From an uncultured Syntrophaceae bacterium (lineage in GTDB: Bacteria > Desulfobacterota > Syntrophia > Syntrophales > PHBD01), in the NCBI GenBank assembly GCA_964558665.1, contig CAZLFA010000003.1, positions 22,952 to 86,951 of the forward strand: a DNA stretch of 64,000 nt, given 5' to 3'. Under the pieces are notes generated by a model. The model was given only the letters and a program-made list of their open reading frames with translations, was not told the origin of the DNA and did no database searches. Both the position numbers and the translations under genes were made by a program. Shown here in pieces: positions 27,602 through 36,516 of the stretch (its first letter is position 1; every line of letters begins with the position of its first letter).

Positions 27602-30600
27602 ATGGATAACCCTTCCCTTTCATATCAAGAGCTGCTGGAGGAGAATTCACGTCTGAGGCGCAAAATCAGTGAACTTGAGAGATATGAGAAAGAATGTGAA
27701 AAAACCTCTGAGTCCCTGAAAAATAGCAAGAATCAGCTCCGGGATACTGCGGAAAATATCCCGGGTGTTATCTACCAGTTTTATGCGCAGCCCGACGGAA
27801 AGGTCGGGTTTCACTACGTCAGTGAAGGCATCCGTGATATTTTCGGACTGGACAGCAATCCAGCCGAATTATTCGAAAATTTTTCCGCACGGGTCGCTCC
27901 AGAGTACTTTGATTCTTTCAATAAGTCCATTGAGGAGGCAATTAAAAATGTCAACCCCTGGCGTTTCGAAGGGAGATTTATAAAAGAATCTGGTGAGTCG
28001 ATCTGGTTTCAAGGCCTTTCAAATCCCGTACATAATGAGAAGGAGATATTGTTCAACGGTGTCCTGCTGGACATAACAGAGCGCAAGCGGATCGAAGAAG
28101 CCCTGCGTGAAACGGAAACATTCCTGTACACCATGATCGAGCACAGCCCATATTCTCTTTGGATTGCGGACGGCAAAGGCACCATGATCAGGATGAATCA
28201 GGCATGCCGTGACCTGCTTCATGTAACGGACGATGAACTGGTCGGCAAATACAACCTGTTTACAGATAACGTTGTGGAAGAGCAAGGGGCTATGCCCCTG
28301 GTGAAAAGAGTATTCGAACGCGGAGAGCGGGTCCGTTTTACCCTCAACTATGACAGCTCAAAGCTTCAGCATCTGCAACTTGGAAATACTGCAAAGATTG
28401 CTCTTGAAGTATCTGTCACACCGGTTCCGGATGACCGGAATCGTGTAATCTACGCCATCGTCGAACATGCAGACATAACAAAGCGCATGCAGGTCGAAGA
28501 GGAGCTGCGTCAGCTTCAGGAGAGGTTTGCAATGGCATTCAGGAGCAGTCCTGCCTGGATTTCCATTACCGATCTTCAGACTTACAGACATCTTGAAGTT
28601 AACGACGCCTGGGAAAAAACGTTCGGCTACACAAGAGAAGAGGCCATCGGAAGCACTCCCGTCGAGATGGGAATTTATAATCAGGAAACATGGAACAGGA
28701 TCATCGAAGAAATAAAGCTCAGCAGATCTGTAAGGAACCGGGAGATAACTTCGAAGAGCAAAACCGGCCGAAGTGCAACACTTCTTGTGTCACGTGAAAT
28801 AGTGGATATCGGCGGCAAACAGTATCTCTTGTCGATGGGCCTGGATATTACGGAAAGAAAGCGTGCCGAGGAGGCACTGAAACTCTCGGAGATGACATAC
28901 CGCGAGATATTCAACACGGTCAATGACACCATATGGATTCATGATATTGAAACGGGGGAGTTTCTTGATGTCAACAACATAGTTACGGAAACCTTCGGCT
29001 ACCCGGTCGATGAAGCGCTGAAGCTGAATATAGAAGACATCTCTTCCGGCGTCCCGCCGTTCACGCAGAAGACAGCAATGGAACTGTTCAAAAAAGCCGC
29101 AGACGGACAGCCCCAGCTCTTCGAGTGGCACTGCAGGCATAAGGACGGTCACCTGTTCTGGACGGAAGTAAACCTGAAACGGGGAAACATAGCGGGCAAG
29201 GAATGCGTTCTGGCAATTGAGCGCGATATCAGCGAGCGCAAACAGGCGGAAGAAAGCATCCGCCTTTCAGAAGAGAAATTCAGCAGGATATTCATGACCA
29301 CCCCGGATTGCATCGCCATCACGCGGATGAAAGACGGGCAGATTCTCGATGTTAATCCGGGCTTTGAGGCCATCACAGGCTGGAAAAGAGACGAAGCCGT
29401 CGGGCGCACATCATATGATATCGGCTTCTGGGCAGACCATTCGGAAAGGGAAAGGATGGTTGAAGCGCTTCAAACCGGCGGCGAGGTTCTCTACAGGGAA
29501 TTCGGCTTCAGGAAAAAGGACGGCTCTTTGCGCAACGGCATTTTTTCAGCCCGTTCCATTATTATCGGCGGCGAGTTTTGTCTGGTCTTTTTACTCCAGG
29601 ATATCACCACCCGGAGGAACCTGGAAGAAGATCGACGCAAGCTTGAACTTCAGCTTTTTCAATCACAGAAGCTCGACGCCGTCGGACAACTGGCAGGAGG
29701 CATAGCGCATGACTTCAATAATATCCTGATGGGATTGCAGGGTCATATATCGCTGATGCTGTTCGGAATGCAGCCGGAACATCCGAACTATCATAGATTG
29801 ACGCAGATGGAAGAGCATGTCATGAGGGGCGCGACACTGACTCGCCAACTGCTGGGCTTTGCGCGTGAGGGCAAGTACGAAGTGATAACCGTGGATATCA
29901 GAGATCTTGTGCAGAAAAGCGTGGAGCTATTCGGACAGACCAGAAAGGAATTCGAGATCTCCATTCTTTGCCGGAACGAGATTTACCCTGTCGAGGCCGA
30001 CGCCGGGCAGATTGACCAGGTTCTTTTGAATATTTATATTAACGCTTCACATGCAATGCCGCGAGGCGGACAGCTCTTTATAGAAATATCGAACATGACC
30101 CTTCAGAGGGAAGACGTATTGCCGTATGATGCACAGCCGGGTCATTATGTAAAAATATCCGTCACGGATACGGGAACGGGCATGGATGCCGAAACGCTTT
30201 CCAAGATATTCGAACCTTTTTTTACAACAAAATCCCAACAGGGAGGAACGGGACTGGGGCTGGCATCGGCATATGGAATAATCCGCAACCACGGCGGAAT
30301 CATCAACGCCTACAGCGAGCTGGGACATGGTTCGACATTCAATATCTACCTGCCGGCATCGAAAAAAACCGTCATGCCGGAGAAGGAAACCATCGGTAGT
30401 GAAATCATGCGAGGGGAAGGAACCATTCTCATCGTCGACGACGAAAAGATTGTCCTGGAGACAACCTCAGAACTGCTCCGTCTGCTGGGGTATAATATTT
30501 ATATGGCCGGCACCGGACAGGAAGCGTTGTCTGTTTATCATGAGAAGACAAAAGAGATCGATCTTGTTATTCTGGATATGATCCTTCCCGGAATCAGCGG

Positions 30601-30781
30601 CGCGGAAACGATGAAAATGATCAAACTGCTCAATCCTGATGTGAAGGTAATCCTGTCCAGCGGCTACAGTATACAGGGCGAAGCGCAAAGAGTAATGGAA
30701 ATGGGCTGTGTCGGCTTTATTCAGAAACCATTCAACCTTACAGAGCTGTCGCAACTGGTACATCAGGCTGTCGGTAAATAA
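27602..30781 (+). CDS. multi-PAS hybrid sensor histidine kinase with C-terminal receiver domain
   Basis: 1059-aa ORF with an N-terminal coiled coil. At least five PAS/PAC repeats occur, each ending in LDITERKR / RDISERKQ / QDITTRR-type PAC boundaries. The H-box is GGIAHDFNNIL. HATPase motifs are NASHAM, DTGTGM and GGTGLGL. The receiver domain is ILIVDDE...DLVILDMILPGISG...SGY. Confidence 0.9.
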   Translation: MDNPSLSYQELLEENSRLRRKISELERYEKECEKTSESLKNSKNQLRDTAENIPGVIYQFYAQPDGKVGFHYVSEGIRDIFGLDSNPAELFENFSARVAPEYFDSFNKSIEEAIKNVNPWRFEGRFIKESGESIWFQGLSNPVHNEKEILFNGVLLDITERKRIEEALRETETFLYTMIEHSPYSLWIADGKGTMIRMNQACRDLLHVTDDELVGKYNLFTDNVVEEQGAMPLVKRVFERGERVRFTLNYDSSKLQHLQLGNTAKIALEVSVTPVPDDRNRVIYAIVEHADITKRMQVEEELRQLQERFAMAFRSSPAWISITDLQTYRHLEVNDAWEKTFGYTREEAIGSTPVEMGIYNQETWNRIIEEIKLSRSVRNREITSKSKTGRSATLLVSREIVDIGGKQYLLSMGLDITERKRAEEALKLSEMTYREIFNTVNDTIWIHDIETGEFLDVNNIVTETFGYPVDEALKLNIEDISSGVPPFTQKTAMELFKKAADGQPQLFEWHCRHKDGHLFWTEVNLKRGNIAGKECVLAIERDISERKQAEESIRLSEEKFSRIFMTTPDCIAITRMKDGQILDVNPGFEAITGWKRDEAVGRTSYDIGFWADHSERERMVEALQTGGEVLYREFGFRKKDGSLRNGIFSARSIIIGGEFCLVFLLQDITTRRNLEEDRRKLELQLFQSQKLDAVGQLAGGIAHDFNNILMGLQGHISLMLFGMQPEHPNYHRLTQMEEHVMRGATLTRQLLGFAREGKYEVITVDIRDLVQKSVELFGQTRKEFEISILCRNEIYPVEADAGQIDQVLLNIYINASHAMPRGGQLFIEISNMTLQREDVLPYDAQPGHYVKISVTDTGTGMDAETLSKIFEPFFTTKSQQGGTGLGLASAYGIIRNHGGIINAYSELGHGSTFNIYLPASKKTVMPEKETIGSEIMRGEGTILIVDDEKIVLETTSELLRLLGYNIYMAGTGQEALSVYHEKTKEIDLVILDMILPGISGAETMKMIKLLNPDVKVILSSGYSIQGEAQRVMEMGCVGFIQKPFNLTELSQLVHQAVGK

Positions 30782-30836
30782 AGATCATCTGCAGGCCTTC
30801 AATACTCAATCATTTACATCTGCAGAGATTTTGTGA

Positions 30837-30865
30837 TTGACAAACAGCAGTGTTCCTATTATCTT
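30837..30865 (+). promoter_or_regulatory. candidate sigma-70 promoter upstream of phaE
   Basis: TTGACA lies at 30837-30842 and TATCTT at 30860-30865, a 17-nt spacer. It is 87 nt upstream of the phaE ATG. This is a sequence match only. Confidence 0.3.
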
Positions 30866-30951
30866 ATTTTCAATAGTCAATTTACCTGTCCAGTTAGAAA
30901 TAATAACCTGTTTCTGCAACCATTTGATCAAAAATCATCATGAGGTAAAAC

Positions 30952-31836
30952 ATGAGCGAAAAAACACAGCAGGATGAAAAATCCGAACATCAGCAAACCG
31001 AATGGATGAAATCACCCGCAGGCTTTCTAAAGTTTATGTCCATGTTCACTGAATCAGCTTCCTCGGGAATGCATAAGACAGCAAAGAGCCGGTCTATTGA
31101 ATCCTGGGAATCCATGTTGAAGATGTGGCGTTTGGTCATGCCGCCCGTTAACGACAAAGAAGCCATGGACATTTATATGAAAGGGTTCAATGCCCTTCCT
31201 GAGATTCTGGCCAAGGTGGCGCATGCCGGATGGGACGCCAGCACGGAGATGCAGAGAAAGGCGATAGAGAAGGCCGGGAAAATCGGCCAGAAGACCGAGG
31301 CCTTCAATTTTGACCAGCTCGATGAAGGTCTTTTTAAGGCATGGCGGGACATATATGAGCAGGAACTCAGTCAGTTTCTGAAGATACCATCGCTGGGACT
31401 GGCACGCTACTACCAGGAAAGATTCAATATACTTCTGGACAGATATAACGTCTTTGAGGCGGCATTTTCCGAATTCCTCTACATTGTTTACCAGCCGTTT
31501 GAAAAGACCAAGACGGTCCTGCAGGATAAACTGGAGGAGCTTGCCAGGGAAGGTAAAATTCCCGAGAAGTCAAAAGATATCTACAACATGTATATCAAAA
31601 CGCTGGAAGGTCATTACATGACCCTTTTCAAGACATCCGAATATGAAGAGGCGTTGAAAGAAATGCTCAGCCAGCTTAATGCCTTCTGGATGGCAAAGGA
31701 TGAGGTCGCCCGGGATCTTCTCCAAATCCTGCCGATTCCGACACACAAGGAGATGGATGAACTATACAAGGATCTTTACGTACTGAAAAAACGGGTCAGG
31801 GCACTGGAAGACAAACTTAAATCCAAGACTAAATGA
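30952..31836 (+). CDS. phaE: class III PHA synthase subunit PhaE
   Basis: 294-aa ORF immediately upstream of phaC. The central segment is FLKIPSLGLARYYQERFNILLDRYNVFEAAFSEF and the C-terminal coiled coil is MDELYKDLYVLKKRVRALEDKL, as in PhaE proteins. The call rests largely on this pattern plus synteny. Confidence 0.75.
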   Translation: MSEKTQQDEKSEHQQTEWMKSPAGFLKFMSMFTESASSGMHKTAKSRSIESWESMLKMWRLVMPPVNDKEAMDIYMKGFNALPEILAKVAHAGWDASTEMQRKAIEKAGKIGQKTEAFNFDQLDEGLFKAWRDIYEQELSQFLKIPSLGLARYYQERFNILLDRYNVFEAAFSEFLYIVYQPFEKTKTVLQDKLEELAREGKIPEKSKDIYNMYIKTLEGHYMTLFKTSEYEEALKEMLSQLNAFWMAKDEVARDLLQILPIPTHKEMDELYKDLYVLKKRVRALEDKLKSKTK

Positions 31837-31856
31837 TTATATCGAGGAGGCATTTC

Positions 31857-33089
31857 ATGGCAGATCCGAAAATTCCGCTTGATCTCATTCTGGAAAATAT
31901 CGCCGAAGAGGCTGAAAAAGCAAAAACGAGAGTTACCAAGGCATCAGACGTCCTGCTGAGTGAACTCAATACCGCCATAGCATCAACGCCATATGATGTT
32001 CTCTGGCAGGAAGACCGCGTCAAACTCAAGCATTATCATACAAACGGCGATACTACACTAAAGACCCCCCTGCTTGTCGTATATGCCCTGATAAACCGTG
32101 AAACCATGCTCGACTTGCAGCCGGACAGAAGCGTTGTCCAGACATTCATCAACAGCGGCGTCGATCTCTATATGATCGACTGGGGATATCCCACCCGCAA
32201 AGACCGTTATCTGACCATCGACGACCATGTCAACGGTTACATGAACGACGTTATCGATCTGATCAGGGAACGTCATAATATACCGAAGATCAACCTGATG
32301 GGCATCTGTATGGGCGGAACATTCTGCATTATATATTCAGCCCTTCATTCCGAAAAGATCAAAAATCTGGTGACGACGGTTACCCCGAGCAGCTTCGACA
32401 CGGACAAGGGTTTGCTTCACACCTGGATGCGGGCGCTGGACATCGACAGACTTGTTGACACGTACGGCAATCTGCCTGGTGATGTTATGAACATGGGTTT
32501 TCTTCTCCTCAATCCTGCACGTCTGATGATCGACAAATATGTAGGTTTTATTGAAAATATCGATAACAAATCTTTTGTGGAAAATTTCGTTCGCATGGAA
32601 AAGTGGATATTTGACAGTCCTGACGTCCCGGGTGAGACATTCAGACAGTTCATCAAGGATTTATACCACAAGAATCTCCTCATACAGAACAAATTGGAAA
32701 TCGGCGGTAAGATGATCGATCTGAAGAAGATCACCATGCCCATGCTCAATTTTTACGGTCAGTACGATCACCTTGTTCCGCCTGAGGCATGCAATCAGAT
32801 CACCAAGCACGTGGGAAGCAAGGACACGGAAGACATCTGTCTGGATACGGGGCATATCGGCATTTACGTCAGTTCCAAGACACAAAGGGAGTTTGCTCCG
32901 AAAATCGTCAACTGGCTTAAGGAAAGAGACAAGCCGGAAGTTGACACAGATCGTAAACAAAACAGGAAGGCCGCAGGAAAGGGGGCGATAAAACCACCCA
33001 AGGCCGGTCGACCGGCAATGCAGGCAGGTAAAGTATCATCAAAGAAGAAATCCAAAGCAAATCCTTTAAATAAGAAAGGAACACTATGA
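31857..33089 (+). CDS. phaC: class III poly(R)-hydroxyalkanoate synthase catalytic subunit PhaC, with Lys-rich C-terminal extension
   Basis: The start is placed at the ATG at 31857 (RBS gaggagg). PLLVVYALINRETMLDLQPDRSVV...GVDLYMIDWGYP is present. The lipase-box with catalytic Cys is NLMGICMGG. Late Asp/His residues occur in YDHLVPP and DTGHIG. The last 56 aa contain 18 Lys/Arg. Confidence 0.9.
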   Translation: MADPKIPLDLILENIAEEAEKAKTRVTKASDVLLSELNTAIASTPYDVLWQEDRVKLKHYHTNGDTTLKTPLLVVYALINRETMLDLQPDRSVVQTFINSGVDLYMIDWGYPTRKDRYLTIDDHVNGYMNDVIDLIRERHNIPKINLMGICMGGTFCIIYSALHSEKIKNLVTTVTPSSFDTDKGLLHTWMRALDIDRLVDTYGNLPGDVMNMGFLLLNPARLMIDKYVGFIENIDNKSFVENFVRMEKWIFDSPDVPGETFRQFIKDLYHKNLLIQNKLEIGGKMIDLKKITMPMLNFYGQYDHLVPPEACNQITKHVGSKDTEDICLDTGHIGIYVSSKTQREFAPKIVNWLKERDKPEVDTDRKQNRKAAGKGAIKPPKAGRPAMQAGKVSSKKKSKANPLNKKGTL

Positions 33090-34132
33090 CTCCGAAAACC
33101 GACTATTTTCACAGTATCTGCAATGTAAGCAGGGCGTTCGGAACAACCTCCAATCTTGCGGAGATCCTCGATCTGGTTGTAACGAGTGCCGTTGATACCA
33201 TGAAAGTAAAGGCGGCCAGTCTCTTTCTTTTCGATGAAGAGAAGGATCTTTTTATGACGGCAGCTCAAAAAGGATTGTCCAAGAATTATCTTCATGCAAA
33301 ACCGGTTCATGCCAGAAAACTTGTCAAGGACATACTGAAAAAAGGGTACATGGTGGTCAAGGACGCTACTAAAGATCCCCGGATTGAAAACCCGGATGCT
33401 AAAAAGAAGGAAGGAATTGTCTCTCTCCTGGTCATACCTGTACTTGTGACAGGCAAGACAATAGGTGTTCTCTCCCTCTACACGGCAAATCCAAGGGAAT
33501 TTACGGAAGATGAAATCGCATTTGCATCCGCTCTTGCAGAGCAGGGAGGCATGGCAATCGAACATGCCAGACTTCTCAACAGAATCAGTGACAATATAAA
33601 GATCTTTCTGGATCTCACCACCAACATCAATTCAAGCCTGGAACTCAAAACCATTCTCCAGACATTGACGGAGGATGTCGCGAACGCGATTGGCGTTAAA
33701 GCGGCCTCCATCCGCCTGCTCAATGATGACAGGACATCATTGCAACTCGCGGCTAGCTACGGCCTGAGCAAAAAGTATCTTGGCAAGGGGCCGATATCGG
33801 CCGAGAAGAGCATTGCCGAAGCGCTGAAAGGCAAACCCGTGATAGTGAAGAACGCTTCAACTGACAAGGGCGTCCAGTACAAGAAAGAAAAGCAGGAGGA
33901 AGGTATTGTCTCGATCCTTTGCGTTCCCATCAAAGTAAAGAAAGAGGTCATCGGCGTTCTTCGCCTCTACAGTGCAGTGGAAAGGGTTTTTGCAGAGGAT
34001 GAAATCATGCTTGTATCAGCCATCGCATCGCAGGGCGGTCTAGCCATTCAGAATGCCGGACTTTATCTCATGCTGCAGAAAGATGTAAAGGATCTTAAAG
34101 ACAATATTTGGTCACATAAAAGCTGGTTTTGA
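33086..34132 (+). CDS. tandem GAF domain protein (no recognisable output domain)
   Basis: 348-aa ORF whose ATG overlaps the phaC stop (ATGA at 33086-33089). It has two repeats of the GAF pattern (ILDLVVTSAVDTMKVKAASLFLFDEE...SLLVIPVLVTGKTIGVLSLY....REFTEDEIAFASALAEQGGMAIEHARL and a second similar copy). Confidence 0.75.
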   Translation: MTPKTDYFHSICNVSRAFGTTSNLAEILDLVVTSAVDTMKVKAASLFLFDEEKDLFMTAAQKGLSKNYLHAKPVHARKLVKDILKKGYMVVKDATKDPRIENPDAKKKEGIVSLLVIPVLVTGKTIGVLSLYTANPREFTEDEIAFASALAEQGGMAIEHARLLNRISDNIKIFLDLTTNINSSLELKTILQTLTEDVANAIGVKAASIRLLNDDRTSLQLAASYGLSKKYLGKGPISAEKSIAEALKGKPVIVKNASTDKGVQYKKEKQEEGIVSILCVPIKVKKEVIGVLRLYSAVERVFAEDEIMLVSAIASQGGLAIQNAGLYLMLQKDVKDLKDNIWSHKSWF

Positions 34133-34234
34133 CATGCGTCATTTTGCGGCAGAGCCATGGAAGAATGACCGCGATATATTCTTCCGTCTCGGAAACAAGC
34201 CTTTAACTGAACATATAATAAGGAGGATTGGCTG

Positions 34235-34663
34235 ATGATAGGAAAAACCATTGATCAGATTAAAGTGGGTGATGCAGAGGAATTAACAAAAACGGTATCA
34301 GAGACCGATATCTATCTCTACGCAGGAATTACCGGTGATTTTAATCCTGCACATCTTAACGAAACATATGCACAAACGACCTTTTTCAAAACCAGAATCG
34401 CCCACGGCATGTTAACAGCCGGATTCATATCGGCCATCCTCGGCACCAAGTTCCCTGGTCCGGGAACCATCTATCTTAAACAGGAATTAAGTTTTATGGC
34501 CCCTGTGATGATCGGCGATACAATCACAGCAAAAGCCGAGGTTGTGGAAGTTGTCGCGGAGAAAAATCGCGTGCGGCTGAAAACCACCTGTACAAATCAG
34601 CAGGGGAAGGTAGTTCTTGACGGAGAAGCCCTTGTACTGGCGCCCAAGGCCCCTAAAAAATAA
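34235..34663 (+). CDS. phaJ: (R)-specific enoyl-CoA hydratase, MaoC/hot-dog fold (PhaJ-like)
   Basis: 142-aa ORF with RBS aaggagg. SETDIYLYAGITGDFNPAHLNETYA..T.F..RIAHGML is the MaoC dehydratase hydratase-2 motif. It sits in the PHA locus. Confidence 0.85.
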   Translation: MIGKTIDQIKVGDAEELTKTVSETDIYLYAGITGDFNPAHLNETYAQTTFFKTRIAHGMLTAGFISAILGTKFPGPGTIYLKQELSFMAPVMIGDTITAKAEVVEVVAEKNRVRLKTTCTNQQGKVVLDGEALVLAPKAPKK

Positions 34664-34678
34664 TATCTATTACATGGT

Positions 34679-34708
34679 CCTGAAAGGCAGATAGCTCTGC
34701 CTTTCAGG
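34679..34708. terminator. bidirectional intrinsic terminator between convergent phaJ and ORF 34710-35198
   Basis: Perfect 13-bp stem cctgaaaggcaga / tctgcctttcagg with the 4-nt loop tagc. It is flanked by an A-rich sequence on the left (aaaaaataat, 34655-34664, ending 14 nt before the stem) and a T-rich sequence on the right (attattctttg). It lies 15 nt after the phaJ stop and 1 nt after the minus-strand stop. Confidence 0.7.
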
Positions 34709-34709
34709 A

Positions 34710-35198
34710 TTATTCTTTGCCTTTCGGAAAAAAAAGGCTCATGTGTTTCATTAACTCCTGAAACTCATCGCTTTGTTTTTCAATAAGTTCTTTAAAATCA
34801 TCCATCACTCTGCTTTGATCTTCACCCTTTTCTTTGAGCAATTTCCGCAGATGTTCTATGGTTTCTTCCTGGTCATTTAACTTGGCCTTTAAGTCTTCAT
34901 ATTTCTTTATCAGCTCGATATGTTCCGACTTTGGAACCATTTCATAAAGCGCCAGGTAGTCTTTCAATGTATCCTGAAAATCATCTGCAGCCCTATTCCA
35001 GAGTTTACTGTAATCATCAGGGCCCCTTCCGGAGTCCTGTTTGCCCGGTGCAGCATAAGGCTTTCCCATCAGCGAAAGGAAAGCCTCATATCCGGCAAGC
35101 CCCTGTTGAAGCCATTTATTGAAACTGTCGATCTGTTTTTGACTTTTGGCCGCATTTTGAAAAAAATCAGCCCAGAACTCCAGGACATTTTTATCCAT
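34710..35198 (-). CDS. hypothetical coiled-coil protein in PHA locus (possible granule-associated protein)
   Basis: 162-aa ORF with RBS aggag. The N-terminal helical region is Trp/Phe-rich (LEFWADFFQNAAKSQKQIDSFNKWLQQG). The C-terminal coiled coil is acidic/Lys-rich. No family recognised. Confidence 0.5.
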   Translation of the reverse strand: MDKNVLEFWADFFQNAAKSQKQIDSFNKWLQQGLAGYEAFLSLMGKPYAAPGKQDSGRGPDDYSKLWNRAADDFQDTLKDYLALYEMVPKSEHIELIKKYEDLKAKLNDQEETIEHLRKLLKEKGEDQSRVMDDFKELIEKQSDEFQELMKHMSLFFPKGKE

Positions 35199-35229
35199 CA
35201 GTTTATGCTCCTGAGAATTTCAATTCATT

Positions 35230-35508
35230 TTATTTGCTTTTAGCTTTTTCAAGACCGGCAAAAAGTGTTTCCACTTTCTTGTAGCTTTCATCAACAGATT
35301 TCTTAAAATCTTCACGCCCTTTCCTGAAGGCTTTGCTCCAGTCCCTGATGACCTTTCTCCCATCCTCCGGTAACCAGGGAGACTGATCGATGAACATGTT
35401 TATCATCCTCTCTGTCTGCTCCTGCAGGGCTGCCATAGCGTTAAATGAGTTGTCGAATGCCGTTTTATTAAACTCGATCATCTGTTTTGTTACCTGCTTC
35501 GGGTCCAT
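35230..35508 (-). CDS. short phasin-like protein, tandem paralogue 1 of 5
   Basis: The start is placed at the ATG at 35508 (RBS ggagga), not the ORF-track start at 35529. MDPKQVTKQMIEFNKTAFDNSFNAMAALQEQTERMINMFIDQSPWLPEDGRKVIRDWSKAFRKGREDFKKSVDESYKKVE shares the conserved core with the four neighbours. Confidence 0.75.
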   Translation of the reverse strand: MDPKQVTKQMIEFNKTAFDNSFNAMAALQEQTERMINMFIDQSPWLPEDGRKVIRDWSKAFRKGREDFKKSVDESYKKVETLFAGLEKAKSK

Positions 35509-35549
35509 GTTAACTCCTCCTTCTTTCATGATCTTCCCCCTTTCAAAAA

Positions 35550-35834
35550 TTATTTATCAGTACTTTTCTTTTCCGCATCCATGGATAGATAGTCATCGAC
35601 CTTTTTGTAATTCTCGTCAATAGATGCCCTGAAATCACTGCGGCCCTTTTTATAGGCTTTTACCCATTCGTTAACAATTCTTTTCCCCTCTTCCGGAAAC
35701 CAAGGAGTCTGTTCGAAAAACAGATTTATCATTTTCTCCCTCTGTTCAAGAACGGTAGTAACCGCATCGAACGTGTTATCGAAAATCTGTTTATTAAATC
35801 TGATCATCTGTTTCATTAAATCCTTGGGATCCAT
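35550..35834 (-). CDS. short phasin-like protein, tandem paralogue 2 of 5
   Basis: 94-aa ORF with RBS aaggaggag. The sequence is MDPKDLMKQMIRFNKQIFDNTFDAV...EQTPWFPEEGKRIVNEWVKAYKKGRSDFRASIDENYKKVD. Confidence 0.75.
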   Translation of the reverse strand: MDPKDLMKQMIRFNKQIFDNTFDAVTTVLEQREKMINLFFEQTPWFPEEGKRIVNEWVKAYKKGRSDFRASIDENYKKVDDYLSMDAEKKSTDK

Positions 35835-35889
35835 AAAGAGCTCCTCCTTAAACTAATCTGACGATATATGTCATTTCTTGATAAAAGAT

Positions 35890-36147
35890 CTACTTTGACA
35901 GAAAATCTTCAACTTTCTTGTAATTGTTATCTACCGCTTCCTTGAAGTCTTCACGCCCTTTTCGATAAGCCTTTACCCACTCGCTGACAGCTTTTCTGCC
36001 CTCTTCCGGAAACCAGGGCGACTGTTCCAGGAACATATTGATCACTCTTTCAACCTGATCCTGAAGCGAACTCATTGCATGAAAAGAATTATCAAATGCC
36101 TTTTTATTGAAATCAATAACCTGCTTGGTCAAATCCTTGGGATTCAT
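35890..36147 (-). CDS. short phasin-like protein, tandem paralogue 3 of 5
   Basis: The start is placed at the ATG at 36147 (RBS ggaggagagg). The ORF-track start at 36318 would overlap paralogue 4. The sequence is MNPKDLTKQVIDFNKKAFDNSFHAM...EQSPWFPEEGRKAVSEWVKAYRKGREDFKEAVDNNYKKVE. Confidence 0.75.
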   Translation of the reverse strand: MNPKDLTKQVIDFNKKAFDNSFHAMSSLQDQVERVINMFLEQSPWFPEEGRKAVSEWVKAYRKGREDFKEAVDNNYKKVEDFLSK

Positions 36148-36211
36148 GTTCCTCTCCTCCACTCTGACACCCATTAAAAAATTCGGAATTACGAATGCGT
36201 TCTTAATTATC

Positions 36212-36490
36212 CTATTTTGCCTTTCCTGACTCCATGGATGACAAATACTGCTCCACTTTTTTGAAGTTTTCATCAGCCGCGCTTTTGAATTTCTCGCGCC
36301 CCTGCTTGTAGGCCTCAATCCAGTCTTTCATTGCTTTCTTTCCTTCTGCGGGAAAGACGGGAGACTGCTCTATGAATGAATTAACCATCTTTTCGGCCTG
36401 ATCCTGCATCACGGAAATAGCGCTGAAGGTGTTGTCAAAAGCCGTCTTGTTGAAATCAATAATCTGTTTCGCAATCTGCTTGGGATCCAT
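36212..36490 (-). CDS. short phasin-like protein, tandem paralogue 4 of 5
   Basis: 92-aa ORF with RBS aaaggag. The sequence is MDPKQIAKQIIDFNKTAFDNTFSAI...EQSPVFPAEGKKAMKDWIEAYKQGREKFKSAADENFKKVE. Confidence 0.75.
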   Translation of the reverse strand: MDPKQIAKQIIDFNKTAFDNTFSAISVMQDQAEKMVNSFIEQSPVFPAEGKKAMKDWIEAYKQGREKFKSAADENFKKVEQYLSSMESGKAK

Positions 36491-36516
36491 AACGTTACTC
36501 CTTTCATATTTGTTTT

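Noticed and set aside
30782-30836. Possible terminator after the hybrid kinase gene (tctgcag ... ctgcaga, two PstI-like palindromes).
   Set aside because: The stem is only 7 bp with a loop of about 24 nt and a weak T-tract, which is not convincing.
32864-33565. 233-aa minus-strand ORF across the phaC/GAF junction.
   Set aside because: It is antisense to two supported, translationally coupled genes.
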